From an uncultured virus (IMG/VR IMGVR_UViG_3300027861_004722) (lineage: Duplodnaviria > Heunggongvirae > Uroviricota > Caudoviricetes), in IMG/VR virus record IMGVR_UViG_3300027861_004722: a stretch of DNA of 64,000 nt, one strand, 5' to 3'. Below the pieces are notes generated by a model. It was not told the DNA's origin, did not search any database, and saw only the letters and a list, made by a program, of their open reading frames with translations. The position numbers were made by a program, and so were the translations under genes. This document shows, one piece after another, positions 18,460-29,098 of the stretch (position 1 is its first letter; each line of letters begins with the position of its first letter).

Positions 18460-20469
18460 ATGAAATTAACGGCAACATGGAATGAAAAATTTGACTCATC
18501 TAAATTAGTGTCACTAAAGGAAGCCACAAGTAGCACAGCAAGTAGCTTTGGAGAGCCCCAAGTCTGGCTAGAAGATCTAGCCATCTTCATGGGATATAAC
18601 TTTGACCCAACACACCCATCAGTCAGGCTTTGCCGACTCCAATTGCGAAAGCCCCTTAGAGATTTAGGGGTTAAAGCAGACATCATTTATCGCTATGAAG
18701 ATCTGGAGCCTTATAAAAATATCTTACTTAGCCATTTTAATGAAGATTTAGCTTTACGGTGCGAGAAATGGCGCAAACAAGGTAAGAAGATTTACTTCAG
18801 CCATACTGAGGCCCTGTGGGGATTACCTTCACAAGTAAAGGTCTTTAATCTCTGTGATTATATTGTTTGCTGCAGTAATAAGCTTGCAGAACTAACAGAA
18901 GCTAACCTGACTAGTAAGTTCACAAAATGTCACTATCTTCCAGATATGGCGGAATGTGCTACAACGGAAGATTCTAAACTACATACTCCACAAAATACCC
19001 AACCCCTTAAAGTTGTTTATGTAGGGATGGGCGGAAATAGCTATCTCGCACATGACATGAGACCAATGATCGAATCTCTTGGCATGTCACTCACGGTTAT
19101 CTCAGAGTGGGATAATGCTGATATCAAATGGGACCGAGATACTTATCTCGATATCATGTCTCAATATGATATCGCCCTCTGCCCCCAACGAGTTTTAGAG
19201 CAGCCCGCAAAGTCTTCTGTAAAGGTAACAACAGCAATGAGTAGAGGGCTACCGGTGATTTGTAGCTCAAATCCTGCATATGTCGAGCTTATCCAGCCAG
19301 GAATTAATGGCTTTCTGGCGGATACTCCAGAACAGTGGAAAGAAGCTTTAATAAAGCTCAAAGATTTCAATCTTAGGCAGTCTATGAGCCAACAAGCCCT
19401 TAGAACCGCTGAAAATTTCACACCTCACGCTATTGCTTTCTATTGGTTGTCTTTATTGTGCCAGCCCAGAACGTCAATTGCCCTAGTAAACAACACCCTC
19501 CCTAAGAAATATATGAGTTATGGGGACTTCATTCTAGAAGATTTACGGTTTAACGCGTATGATGTAGAAGAATTTCGTTACGAAGATATAGATAGATTGC
19601 CCAAAGGTTTTGATGCGTATATCTTTGTTGAGGAGAGGTATAACCCCGAGGATATAGCAGACGTCCACCCAAGGGTTCTCTTAACAAAAGAACAGGTGAA
19701 CTTAAATACGGTAGCACAGTTTGATCTTATAGTTACTGAAAGTGAACCCTTAGCCAGTGTTTACAGAAACAGAGGGTTTGTCAATACTTTCTCTCAGCCA
19801 GTATTTGATATAGAGCAGATTTTAGAGTGGACGAAGATAGATCTAGTAGATGAACGCAAAAAACACAATAAAAATCTACACTCTGCCCATATAGACGCTT
19901 TTCATCATCTTCAGCAGCCCGAGGACCGATGGGTTTCCGGCCAGCGGGATATAGAGCACATCAAATATACTATAGGCCACACGGCTCCAAACCAAGAGGT
20001 TCTTGATATCGGCAGCGCCGATGGCTGGCTATCCCTCTATCTAGCAAAAGAGGGCCGTAAAGTCTCCGCTCTGGACTTTGTAAGGCGCGGTATGGATTGG
20101 ACTCTCCAACATGCAACACGGCTTGGCGTTGAGTTAGATCTTAGATATGGATTTCTAGAAGAAGTCGAAGATGTTTTTCAAGACAAAAAATTTGATTGCA
20201 TTTTAGCATACGAAATTTTAGAGCATGTTGACTATCTTCGTCTTCCCTGGTATCTAGAAAAGATAGAATCTTTACTAAAAGATAACGGAAAAGTGTTAAT
20301 ATCACTACCAAAACAAGATCTAAATGATAACCCGGAACATCTATTTTCTCCATCAGAGAAGCTAATTAATAAGGTATTCCACAAAAAAGCCAACTATAAA
20401 TTACAGTGGGCAAGTTTTCTTAATTATGGCGTTGAGGGCGGATGGTTTATTTCTTACCACAAAGACTAA
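18460..20469 (+). CDS. GT-B (family 1/4-like) glycosyltransferase fused to class I SAM methyltransferase
   Basis: KSSVKVTTAMSRGLPVICS..Y.ELI..G.NGFLA; C-terminal VLDIGSADG, FDCILAYEILEHV. Confidence 0.82.
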   Translation: MKLTATWNEKFDSSKLVSLKEATSSTASSFGEPQVWLEDLAIFMGYNFDPTHPSVRLCRLQLRKPLRDLGVKADIIYRYEDLEPYKNILLSHFNEDLALRCEKWRKQGKKIYFSHTEALWGLPSQVKVFNLCDYIVCCSNKLAELTEANLTSKFTKCHYLPDMAECATTEDSKLHTPQNTQPLKVVYVGMGGNSYLAHDMRPMIESLGMSLTVISEWDNADIKWDRDTYLDIMSQYDIALCPQRVLEQPAKSSVKVTTAMSRGLPVICSSNPAYVELIQPGINGFLADTPEQWKEALIKLKDFNLRQSMSQQALRTAENFTPHAIAFYWLSLLCQPRTSIALVNNTLPKKYMSYGDFILEDLRFNAYDVEEFRYEDIDRLPKGFDAYIFVEERYNPEDIADVHPRVLLTKEQVNLNTVAQFDLIVTESEPLASVYRNRGFVNTFSQPVFDIEQILEWTKIDLVDERKKHNKNLHSAHIDAFHHLQQPEDRWVSGQRDIEHIKYTIGHTAPNQEVLDIGSADGWLSLYLAKEGRKVSALDFVRRGMDWTLQHATRLGVELDLRYGFLEEVEDVFQDKKFDCILAYEILEHVDYLRLPWYLEKIESLLKDNGKVLISLPKQDLNDNPEHLFSPSEKLINKVFHKKANYKLQWASFLNYGVEGGWFISYHKD

Positions 20470-20525
20470 AAAATGTTGGTGTAAGTTGCATATTTTTGTT
20501 AATTTACCTTTGGGAAGGGTCGAGA

Positions 20526-20684
20526 ATGAACGAAAAAATGGTAGATTTACTTTATGCAATAAGAGGTCTTTGCGAGTCCCTAAAAGAACAGCACGAATTT
20601 TTAGACCACAATGATGAAATAAAAGAATATGTCGATGATATTGAAGCTAGCTTAGGTGAGATCTCAGAATTAGAGGAAGAATGA
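20526..20684 (+). CDS. Small acidic hypothetical protein
   Basis: 52 aa; stop overlaps the next start (ATGA). Confidence 0.45.
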   Translation: MNEKMVDLLYAIRGLCESLKEQHEFLDHNDEIKEYVDDIEASLGEISELEEE

Positions 20685-20977
20685 ATTTAGGCTCAGCCCT
20701 TAAAACAAAGTGGTACTTTAAGTTCTTGCCCAAAACACAAGTTAATAGTTTTGAGGTAAGGGCCTGGAGAATAATAGTTATCAACTCAGGAACGACCCCA
20801 GGAAAACCGCTTCTCTGTCAGCGGTACGGGGATAAAAAGACACATCATTTTAATTTTCAAGATCTGGAAAAAGATTTTCTTCCTGAAGAAGAATTTATAG
20901 AGGCCGTGACTAAAAATAAATATTGCCTAATAAATAAACAAGAAGGCATATTAAAGTTTAGCTCACAAAATTCCTAA
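20681..20977 (+). CDS. Hypothetical protein
   Basis: 98 aa, GAGG RBS. Confidence 0.5.
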   Translation: MNLGSALKTKWYFKFLPKTQVNSFEVRAWRIIVINSGTTPGKPLLCQRYGDKKTHHFNFQDLEKDFLPEEEFIEAVTKNKYCLINKQEGILKFSSQNS

Positions 20978-21095
20978 TTCCTACCCTTGACCTAACTCCT
21001 TTGGTTGCTATAGTCGTAGTGAGAGGTGATCCTATCTGTGAAAAGAGCATATCTAATAGATGTGAGTTTCACCACCACTCTGAAAGGTTACTACG

Positions 21096-23555
21096 ATGTT
21101 TGATCGTTTCTCTGTTCCAGCACGAAAAGTCATGAAGCTTGCAAGAGAAGCAAGTGCTTATTTTAAGCATGATTATGTAGGCACGGAGCATATTCTAGTG
21201 GGCCTTCTTGAAGAGGATGAAGGCATTGCCGCCGCCGTTCTAAGAAACCAGCTAGAGGCAGCAGGACTAGCACCCAATGCAATTAAAAATCAAATTGAGC
21301 CCAGCAAGACCGCTGATGCCGCCCCAGCCCTAGGAAATCTTGTCTTCACTAAGAAAGCTAAAGAAGCCATAGAAGCCTCTGCCCAAGAAGCAGTAGACAT
21401 GAGACACAACTATATAGGAGTAGAACACCTTCTTCTAGGTTTAGTGCACAAAGAAACTAACCAAGCTTCTAAAATTTTACTAGAATTAGGCTTTGATCTG
21501 GTTAATATAAAAACAGAAGTGTTCGAATTAATAGGGGAGCCCGTTGTTACCGAAATAGAGGAAGAAGAAGAGCAGGAAGCTGGTAGCTCTTCCGAAAGGC
21601 AGAAGAAGACAAAGAAGAAAACTGGAAAAGCCCTTGCTCAATTTGGTAGAGATTTGACTAAACTGGCAAAGGACGGTCTTCTTGACCCAGTTATCGGTCG
21701 TCAAGATGAGATCGAACGTGTTGTTCTAGTCCTAGCTCGCCGTCAAAAGAATAATCCAGTGCTTCTAGGGGAACCTGGCGTCGGGAAAACAGCTATTGTA
21801 GAAGGTATAGCCCAAGAGATAGCAAGTGGCCGAGCACCAGATAATCTCACTAATCAGAAAATTATTGCTCTCGACCTTGCAGCAATGGTTGCAGGAACTA
21901 AATACAGAGGCCAGTTCGAAGAGAGGATCAAAGCGGTTATCCAAGAAGCCACTAAAACCAATGTAATTCTGTTTATCGATGAAATACATACTTTAGTGGG
22001 AGCCGGAGGAGCAGAAGGAGCTATAGATGCTGCCAACGTACTTAAGCCCGCCCTATCACGCGGAGAAATCCGTTGTATAGGCGCAACAACTCTAGATGAA
22101 TATCGCAAAAGCTTGGAAAAGGATGGAGCTTTAGAACGACGTTTCCAGAAAGTTATCATTGACCCCCCAACTCCTGAAGAGACAGAAGAGATCTTAAAAG
22201 GATTACTGCCTCATTACGAGAGACACCATAAAGTAAAATACACCAAAGAAGCAGTAGCGTCAGCTGTTCAGCTATCTACCCGATACATAAATAATCGTTT
22301 CCTACCAGACAAAGCTATAGACGTAATCGATGAAGCAGGTGCTAGAGCAGTTCTAGCCAGACATCGACCACTTCCTCTCAAGGAAGCTGAGAAAAAGTTC
22401 GATGATCTCCAGAGAGCAAAAGAAGACGCTGTAGCCGATCAAGATTTCGAAGTAGCCGCTTCGATTCGAGATGAGATTGATACTCTTAAGGGAGAGCTAA
22501 AGACCATCAAGGGCGAGTGGCAAAGGACCTCTAAAAAAGAGACGATTGTAGGGAAAGAACTTATTGCAGTAACTATTGCAAAAATGACAGGAATTCCAGT
22601 ACAGAATCTAACAGCAAGCGAAGCCCAAAAACTACTACACCTAGAAACTGAACTAGGAAGAACAGTTATTGGTCAAGTAGATGCTAAAAAGGCTCTTGGT
22701 AAAGCCTTGCGCCGTGCTCGTGCAGGATTAGGAGACCCCAAACGACCAACCGGAGTATTCTTGTTCCTAGGCCCCACAGGTGTAGGTAAAACACTGCTTG
22801 TAAAAGAGATGGCCAAGGTATTGTTTGACTCAGAAGACGCAGTAATATCCTTTGATATGTCTGAGTATATGGAGAAGCACAGTGTCTCTAAATTTATTGG
22901 AGCGGCACCTGGCTATGTGGGTTATGAAGAAGGAGGCCAGCTTACTGAAAGAGTAAAGCGCAAACCCTATTCAATCGTTCTCTTTGATGAAATTGAAAAA
23001 GCCCATTCAGATGTTTTTAACTCCTTACTACAAATTATGGAAGAAGGGCATCTTACGGATGCTACGGGCCGAAAGGTTAGTTTCAAGAATACTGTTGTAA
23101 TCATGACATCGAATGTCGGAAGCCAATCAATTACAAACAAGGCCTCCCTAGGGTTTGGCAACTCAAGCCAATCTTCTAAAGATCTGATAGAAAAACAGAT
23201 CGAAGATGATCTATCCAGAACATTTAAGCCAGAATTCTTAAATCGTTTAGACGCAAAAATTATCTTTACCCAATTGTCCAAGGACGAAATCAAAAGTGTT
23301 CTACAACTAGAGCTTGATAAGGTTAGAGAGCGCCTCTTAGAGAAGGGCCGCAACGTCGCACTAACAGCTGCTGCTGAAAAGTTTCTCCTAAAGAAAGGCT
23401 GGAATCCAGATTTCGGAGCAAGACCGCTCAGAAGAGCCGTAGGAACATATGTGGAAGATATGCTCGCAGAGGAAATCTTGAAAGGCACCTTCGAAGAAAA
23501 TTCGGTAGCTACCCTAGACAAGATGCCTGATGAGGCTAACCTCTTTATACAGTAG
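21096..23555 (+). CDS. clpC: ClpC-type AAA+ ATP-dependent chaperone/protease subunit
   Basis: Clp_N repeats ([18 protein letters not shown]), Walker A GEPGVGKT and [11 protein letters not shown] coiled coil, LGF loop, GARPLRR. Confidence 0.95.
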   Translation: MFDRFSVPARKVMKLAREASAYFKHDYVGTEHILVGLLEEDEGIAAAVLRNQLEAAGLAPNAIKNQIEPSKTADAAPALGNLVFTKKAKEAIEASAQEAVDMRHNYIGVEHLLLGLVHKETNQASKILLELGFDLVNIKTEVFELIGEPVVTEIEEEEEQEAGSSSERQKKTKKKTGKALAQFGRDLTKLAKDGLLDPVIGRQDEIERVVLVLARRQKNNPVLLGEPGVGKTAIVEGIAQEIASGRAPDNLTNQKIIALDLAAMVAGTKYRGQFEERIKAVIQEATKTNVILFIDEIHTLVGAGGAEGAIDAANVLKPALSRGEIRCIGATTLDEYRKSLEKDGALERRFQKVIIDPPTPEETEEILKGLLPHYERHHKVKYTKEAVASAVQLSTRYINNRFLPDKAIDVIDEAGARAVLARHRPLPLKEAEKKFDDLQRAKEDAVADQDFEVAASIRDEIDTLKGELKTIKGEWQRTSKKETIVGKELIAVTIAKMTGIPVQNLTASEAQKLLHLETELGRTVIGQVDAKKALGKALRRARAGLGDPKRPTGVFLFLGPTGVGKTLLVKEMAKVLFDSEDAVISFDMSEYMEKHSVSKFIGAAPGYVGYEEGGQLTERVKRKPYSIVLFDEIEKAHSDVFNSLLQIMEEGHLTDATGRKVSFKNTVVIMTSNVGSQSITNKASLGFGNSSQSSKDLIEKQIEDDLSRTFKPEFLNRLDAKIIFTQLSKDEIKSVLQLELDKVRERLLEKGRNVALTAAAEKFLLKKGWNPDFGARPLRRAVGTYVEDMLAEEILKGTFEENSVATLDKMPDEANLFIQ

Positions 23556-23722
23556 CTCTCCCTAGATATGTAAGTGGAAAACCTAGGTGGCACCGTCACT
23601 GGAAAAACTGTTGTCATAATAATTTTTTGCTTTGATTGATTTTACCAGCTATAAATACTTTGTCTCGCTGCCTCTTGTTTTGTCAGACGTCCTTGGTAAG
23701 ATAGGTTTAATCGGAGGAAGAG

Positions 23723-24127
23723 ATGTCAACACTGTCAGAATTAGCGACGAAGCTGTATGGGCTCCGTGAGAGAAAAACGGAAGCAAATGCTACTCTAAAA
23801 GAAATACAGTCAGATATTGACCTGACTGAGCAAGAACTTTTAGAGGAGATGATGCACCAAGATCTAAGTAGATTCGATCTACAAGATACTGGATCGTTTC
23901 ATATAGCAAATAGGCGTTTCTTCAAGATAGCTGATAGAGAAGCCCTCATTGACTTTATTCATGAGCAAGGAGACGTAGATCTTTTGACAGTTAACCACCA
24001 AACGTTAAATGCATATGCAAAAGAAACATATGCCCGTAAAGAAGCTGACGGCGATGAAAGTTTTGAAATGCCAGGAATCAGCTACGTAACAAAAACCCAA
24101 ATTCGTGTTAGAAAACCCAGGAGATAA
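23723..24127 (+). CDS. Hypothetical phage protein (coiled-coil, replication region)
   Basis: 134 aa with GGAGG RBS; immediately upstream of the SSB-like gene. Confidence 0.65.
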   Translation: MSTLSELATKLYGLRERKTEANATLKEIQSDIDLTEQELLEEMMHQDLSRFDLQDTGSFHIANRRFFKIADREALIDFIHEQGDVDLLTVNHQTLNAYAKETYARKEADGDESFEMPGISYVTKTQIRVRKPRR

Positions 24128-24135
24128 TTAAGAAT

Positions 24136-25017
24136 ATGGCTAAAAAGAAATCAACTGCTCTAGCGCAGTTAACGTCGGAAGACCTTCTACCCTCAGAGGT
24201 AGAGTTTGATGAGTTGCTAGAAAACTTATCAGAAATGGATGATATTGAATTCCCTAGAATTCGTTTCCGCCAAGGAAAGTTTTTCTTTTCAGATGATCCA
24301 GATGATACTGGAGTCGAAGAGTTCGAGGGAGTTGTGTTCTTCTATGGAAAGCAGAACACTTATTGGGAGGGTGACTATGATGCTAACCAAAGTACCCCTC
24401 CCGAGTGCTTCTCGGTAGATGGTAAAGAAGGTAATAAGGCCCGAAACTCAAATGGAGAATTCGGGAAATGCCGCGATTGCAAATTCAACCAATTCGGGTC
24501 AAAGGGCCGAGGTAAAGCTTGCCGTAATCAAGTTAAGCTCTACATCCAGAGAATGGGAACTACTGTTCCAATGACTCTTTTCCTAGCGCCAACTAGCATT
24601 GGTAACTTCATGCAAGCTTACCTAATGAATAAGGTAACCCAAAAGGGCCTTTCTTACTCAAAGATCGTAACAAAATTCAAGTCCTTTCAGAAGGGTTCTG
24701 AATCCTACTTCCGCGTAGGGTTTGAAGTTGCAGGTGTCTTCAAGGGAGATGAGGCAGCTAAGGTAAAGCAGCTTCGTGAGTATTGGATGAATGCGATCAA
24801 GAGTGATCGCACGAATCTTGAGAGTTCAGATTCAAGCTCCTCAAGCTCCTCAAGCTCCTCAAGCTCAAGCTCAACCTCCACAAGCTCAAGCCAGGAAAGC
24901 AACAACCGCGTTGTTACTCCGCGAGACGCCCCAGAAGAGACACAGCGACAGGCCCTACCTGTCGCCGCCTCAGCGGATGTAGACGAAGATGGCGATCTTG
25001 ACGACCCACCTTTCTAG
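24136..25017 (+). CDS. Putative single-stranded DNA-binding protein
   Basis: PPECFS.DG, CRDC..NQFGS..GKAC zinc motif, Ser-rich linker, acidic tail ending DDPPF; upstream of the primase. Confidence 0.7.
   Translation: MAKKKSTALAQLTSEDLLPSEVEFDELLENLSEMDDIEFPRIRFRQGKFFFSDDPDDTGVEEFEGVVFFYGKQNTYWEGDYDANQSTPPECFSVDGKEGNKARNSNGEFGKCRDCKFNQFGSKGRGKACRNQVKLYIQRMGTTVPMTLFLAPTSIGNFMQAYLMNKVTQKGLSYSKIVTKFKSFQKGSESYFRVGFEVAGVFKGDEAAKVKQLREYWMNAIKSDRTNLESSDSSSSSSSSSSSSSSTSTSSSQESNNRVVTPRDAPEETQRQALPVAASADVDEDGDLDDPPF
24832..24891 (+). repeat. Coding tandem repeat (TCAAGCTCC-like) encoding a poly-Ser linker
   Basis: tcaagctcc tcaagctcc tcaagctcc tcaagctca... Confidence 0.8.
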
Positions 25018-25033
25018 ACTGTAAGATACATGG

Positions 25034-25059
25034 TAAGCCCGGAAAACTCTCCGGGCTTA
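25034..25059 (+). terminator. Stem-loop downstream of the SSB-like gene (terminator or stabiliser)
   Basis: TAAGCCCGGA-6 nt-TCCGGGCTTA perfect 10-bp stem; no strong U tract. Confidence 0.5.
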
Positions 25060-25169
25060 TCCTGTACCTACGTAACAACTAATACAAACCTAACAACAAG
25101 ATAACAAAAAATTCTAATTAAGACATCAGTTGTAATACATGACGGTGTTGGTTACTATACTAGATACAT

Positions 25170-27935
25170 ATGGACAACCAAAACACAGGCCTCGGCCTCG
25201 CTGAGTACACAGACGACCCACTCAAGAATACAGCAATATATACTAGCTTTATCAATAAAGCTATTTTAGAAACCGCAGACCGAGAGATGCTTAAATCGGA
25301 GCGCGGTTTTTCCGACGAGATAATCAACCTCTGCCAATTCAAAAGCTGTAGACCTGAAAACCGGGAAGTAATCAAAGAACTGGAAGATCAGTTTGGAGAA
25401 GACGCCCTGCTTGAAGCAGGGCTACTCGAAGCTACGGAAAAGGGCATTAAACCCTGCACTCAACTTTTCGGGGTGTTTAAGAACGATAAGTTCGTAAATA
25501 ATATCTGTATTCCATATTTTAATCCTGCCGGAGAAGTTTTCTTTATACGCCCCCATAAATTCGGGTTAAAGCAGAAGCAAATCCAAGTGTACTGCCCAGC
25601 TAGAAAAGTGCCAGACGACAGCGTTTGGGTAATTACAGAAAGTGAATTCAAAGCCGCCGCTGCAATGCAACTCGGGTTCCCAGCTATAGGCCTCCCAGGA
25701 ATTCACTCCTTTATGGTCAGGCACTTTCCGAGACTTGAAGAGTTTATTCGAACACTGGGTGTCCATAATATTGTAGTTGTCTATGATAATGAGATTAAGA
25801 ATAATCCCGAATTTAAAAACTTCAAGCCGGATGTAATAAAGCAGTGGGATACCCAATGGCGAAGCGTAGATATCTGTAGAAAGCTAATCAAAGCAATGCC
25901 AGAATTACGGGGGTATGTAAAAATCGGGGTACTTCCAGACTCTTGGATGGAGGAAGGTAAGATAGATATAGACGGTGCCCTAGCGCAGGGGAGAACCAAA
26001 GCAGAATTCAAGAGTGTAATCTACCGTTCTACCGAGTGGCAAGATTATGTAAGGACTCTCCCAAAAGTAGCACGCAAGATCATAAATAGAAAAGTCTATA
26101 AAGAGGACTACCTAGATGATAGCAAGATAAAGAAGAAGGAAACTGGATATTTTGCTGAGAGAAAGAAGAAAGTGGGGAGTGACTATATCCCCTTCGATGA
26201 ATCGGTCTCCAATTTCACTATGGAGATCAAGAAAACCCTAGTAGAAGGTATGACCCATATTAGAGAAGTTGTTTTCTACGGCCAAGATGGGAGTGTTTCT
26301 CGTCCACAAATTTGTAAACCAGGAACAAATATTCTTCGGGAATTTAAGACGTGGGTCTGGTCTTGCGGAGATTATCACTTCATAGGAAAACAAGAGGATT
26401 TAGACCTTATTTGGAAATTAGAGGGCGCTCTCTGCGATGGGCGTGAAATTCTTAGACCAGAACAAATAGGTTATATGGAAGGTGATGAAGAAAGCCTTTG
26501 GCTCTTTGGGAATATCCTTCTAAAAGAAGATGGCTCAGCCCTTGTCCCAGACAAGGAAGGTATTATCTGGGAGGGTCTTCGCGGCTACCTGCCCAGAAGC
26601 ATCAAGGCAGACTCTAATAGCAAAACAGTTGTTAGCAACACATCAAAGATGCCGATAGTAAATGTTAACCCTGACGTTAAGTTTGCAATGCCAGAGATTA
26701 AGAGATTAATAAATAATGTAGAAAAGGTATTTGACAATAAGAGCGTCCGCCTCGCTATAGGCTGGATCGTAGCATGCCTACTCTCCAATGAGATATTTCG
26801 TAAATATGCTTGTTTTCCTATCCTCTTTATTGGAGGAAAGCGAGAGTGCGGTAAAACTACACTAGGTAACTGGTTAATGGCCATGATAGGCATGGCAGAT
26901 ACCGCTGCGGACTCAATTGGAGGCACTACCCCTGCGGGCGCTGTGCGAAATTTAGCATGGTTTAGCTCCCTGCCTTATTGGCTCGATGAATACCGTAATA
27001 ATAGTCGCATTAAATCACGCTGGGAAGGCTTCCTGCGTAATGCCTACCAAAGGCAGACCCCCTCCAAAGGGACCTTGGGCGCTAGTATTAGAACCCACGA
27101 TATTAAAGCAGGTGTTCTTCTATCTGGAGAAGAGACCCCGCAAGATAATGCCCTAAGAAGTCGTTGCATCGTCATTCCCCTAGTAAAGAACCGAGACAAA
27201 AGTAAAACCACTGAGCTATATAGAGAAATAGAAAATCTAAGAACACAAAATTTAATGTCTCGTCTGATTCCAGAAATTATTAAGAGCAAAGAAGAGTTGC
27301 TACCAACTGTTCTTGAGCATATCGACGGATGGAAGCAACGATTAATGGCAGCTGGTGTTGGGGAGCGAATGGCCCTTAATCATGCTATTCCAGCAGTTTG
27401 CTACGACCTATTCTTTCTTAGAGACGAAGATATTGAAGACAGAAAAGAATTCACACAGTGGGTAGTAGAAGAATCTCATAAGAACGAGCTAGAGAAAGAG
27501 AGCGAGCATATGCTTTCTATTTTCATGGACGATCTCATTACTTTGCATGAAGACCTAGAGCCTTTCTACACAGTCTACACCCAGACCAAAGACCCCAAAG
27601 GCAAGAGGCGGATTGCCCTACACTTCCCCACCTTCTACTCCAAGTGGGTTGAGAGCTATCGCCGTAAGGGCCATGAGCAGTTCAAACGACAAACTATGCT
27701 GAGCTATATTAAAGAAGAAGACTACTACATTGAATGTAAGCTCAAGAGAGTCAATGGAAAGCCCTTCCGAGCTTTACACCTAAGTCTTGATGACGCAGAT
27801 AATCCACCGGATGGCTTAAAATATCTAGCTGACGGCGGTGCTCCGGATACAGATGATCCCGGCATATCCAATGCAATCTCCACCTTGGCCAGCCCAGAAG
27901 ACGGCGATGCCCCAGAAGAAAATGAAATGTTCTAG
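25170..27935 (+). CDS. DNA primase-helicase fusion (Toprim + P-loop helicase)
   Basis: VITESEFKA, IGLPGI, VVVYDNE, KIDID; C-terminal GGKRECGKTT and YWLDEY. Confidence 0.8.
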   Translation: MDNQNTGLGLAEYTDDPLKNTAIYTSFINKAILETADREMLKSERGFSDEIINLCQFKSCRPENREVIKELEDQFGEDALLEAGLLEATEKGIKPCTQLFGVFKNDKFVNNICIPYFNPAGEVFFIRPHKFGLKQKQIQVYCPARKVPDDSVWVITESEFKAAAAMQLGFPAIGLPGIHSFMVRHFPRLEEFIRTLGVHNIVVVYDNEIKNNPEFKNFKPDVIKQWDTQWRSVDICRKLIKAMPELRGYVKIGVLPDSWMEEGKIDIDGALAQGRTKAEFKSVIYRSTEWQDYVRTLPKVARKIINRKVYKEDYLDDSKIKKKETGYFAERKKKVGSDYIPFDESVSNFTMEIKKTLVEGMTHIREVVFYGQDGSVSRPQICKPGTNILREFKTWVWSCGDYHFIGKQEDLDLIWKLEGALCDGREILRPEQIGYMEGDEESLWLFGNILLKEDGSALVPDKEGIIWEGLRGYLPRSIKADSNSKTVVSNTSKMPIVNVNPDVKFAMPEIKRLINNVEKVFDNKSVRLAIGWIVACLLSNEIFRKYACFPILFIGGKRECGKTTLGNWLMAMIGMADTAADSIGGTTPAGAVRNLAWFSSLPYWLDEYRNNSRIKSRWEGFLRNAYQRQTPSKGTLGASIRTHDIKAGVLLSGEETPQDNALRSRCIVIPLVKNRDKSKTTELYREIENLRTQNLMSRLIPEIIKSKEELLPTVLEHIDGWKQRLMAAGVGERMALNHAIPAVCYDLFFLRDEDIEDRKEFTQWVVEESHKNELEKESEHMLSIFMDDLITLHEDLEPFYTVYTQTKDPKGKRRIALHFPTFYSKWVESYRRKGHEQFKRQTMLSYIKEEDYYIECKLKRVNGKPFRALHLSLDDADNPPDGLKYLADGGAPDTDDPGISNAISTLASPEDGDAPEENEMF

Positions 27936-28117
27936 TGATACGCCCTTGGAATTGTGAAAATTGTTGTATTTGCAATGCTAAGATAGCAGACCCTATGGCT
28001 CACGGCGTAAGAGACCCATCTGAAGATGTTATCTGTTCTAAGAGCTGTAGAGATATTTCATCTTTAATGGAGATATGTTCTGATATGTCTGAAGAAGAAT
28101 TTAATGCAGAATGCTAA
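27935..28117 (+). CDS. Small zinc-finger-like protein
   Basis: CxxC...CSxxC; GTG overlaps the upstream TAG. Confidence 0.45.
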   Translation: MIRPWNCENCCICNAKIADPMAHGVRDPSEDVICSKSCRDISSLMEICSDMSEEEFNAEC

Positions 28118-28196
28118 TTAATATTAACACGGGATTGATCAAAAAATATTTTGTGATATTCTCTTTTATAGAAACAAGTTTATAAATGGATGCGAA

Positions 28197-28442
28197 ATGA
28201 ACAAAGTTTTACCAGGATTTAATATACCCACTCCACAATTTCGGGCAGATTTAGTGCCCTTACCTTACCACCAGGATATCCTACTGGACCCACAAACAAA
28301 CACACGTTGGAAATTGGAAGGAGACTCTCTTGTCAGAGACCACGATGGAGAGGCAACCTGGAGTAAGATGGCAGGCTACGTAGGGAAAACATATTATGAT
28401 GTGTTTATGGATACTTTTCGTAGTGCTCTAGACAACAAGTAA
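28197..28442 (+). CDS. Hypothetical protein
   Basis: 81 aa ORF. Confidence 0.5.
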   Translation: MNKVLPGFNIPTPQFRADLVPLPYHQDILLDPQTNTRWKLEGDSLVRDHDGEATWSKMAGYVGKTYYDVFMDTFRSALDNK

Positions 28443-28504
28443 TCCATATAAGTTGATTGCTTGAAAAGGTTTAATTCTAGACTAGAATATATAAAAGGAC
28501 ATAT

Positions 28505-29098
28505 ATGACAATACTTATTGGTGCCATTCATGATGGCAAAGCTTACATAGGAGCGGACACTCTCTGGACCTGGAGTGAGAATTTTGTGCGAGAACACACT
28601 ACCAGTAAGTTTGTAACTGTCCCAGTAGAGGGCGAAAATGAGGTATTGATTGCAACCTCTGGGCAAGATAAGTTTACCCAGATTCTAGATAGAGTTCTGC
28701 GAGATAAACCAGAACTCATTAATTTTAAAAATAGGTCCGGAATCCTAAAACTCTTAGACGCCTTTCAAAGAGAAGTTAAAGCAGCTGGTATAGGAGATGC
28801 CGAAAATAACCAACTCCCTGACCACGACCTCGGGTTTATGATTATTTCCAGTGCCTCGAACAAAATTTGGGTCATAGAAAGTGATTATGGAGTTCTTGGG
28901 TTTGAAGATTACGTATGCGCAGGATCAGGAGCCTATTTGGGGGAAGCCGCAATGAAAGCACTGGGTAAGCTCGACGTTTTCGGGGGCCGTGCTGTGAAAA
29001 CAGCACTAGAAACAGTGTGCGAGTTACATCCTTACTGTGGCGGCACTATAGAAACCAAAGAAATCGAGTTGAAACTATCGGAGCCCACGGATATTTAG
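28505..29098 (+). CDS. HslV/proteasome-beta-like Ntn-hydrolase peptidase
   Basis: N-terminal M-T-ILIG...IGAD, K..., CAGSG...A, A.......P.CGG.I; AAAGGA RBS. Confidence 0.75.
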   Translation: MTILIGAIHDGKAYIGADTLWTWSENFVREHTTSKFVTVPVEGENEVLIATSGQDKFTQILDRVLRDKPELINFKNRSGILKLLDAFQREVKAAGIGDAENNQLPDHDLGFMIISSASNKIWVIESDYGVLGFEDYVCAGSGAYLGEAAMKALGKLDVFGGRAVKTALETVCELHPYCGGTIETKEIELKLSEPTDI

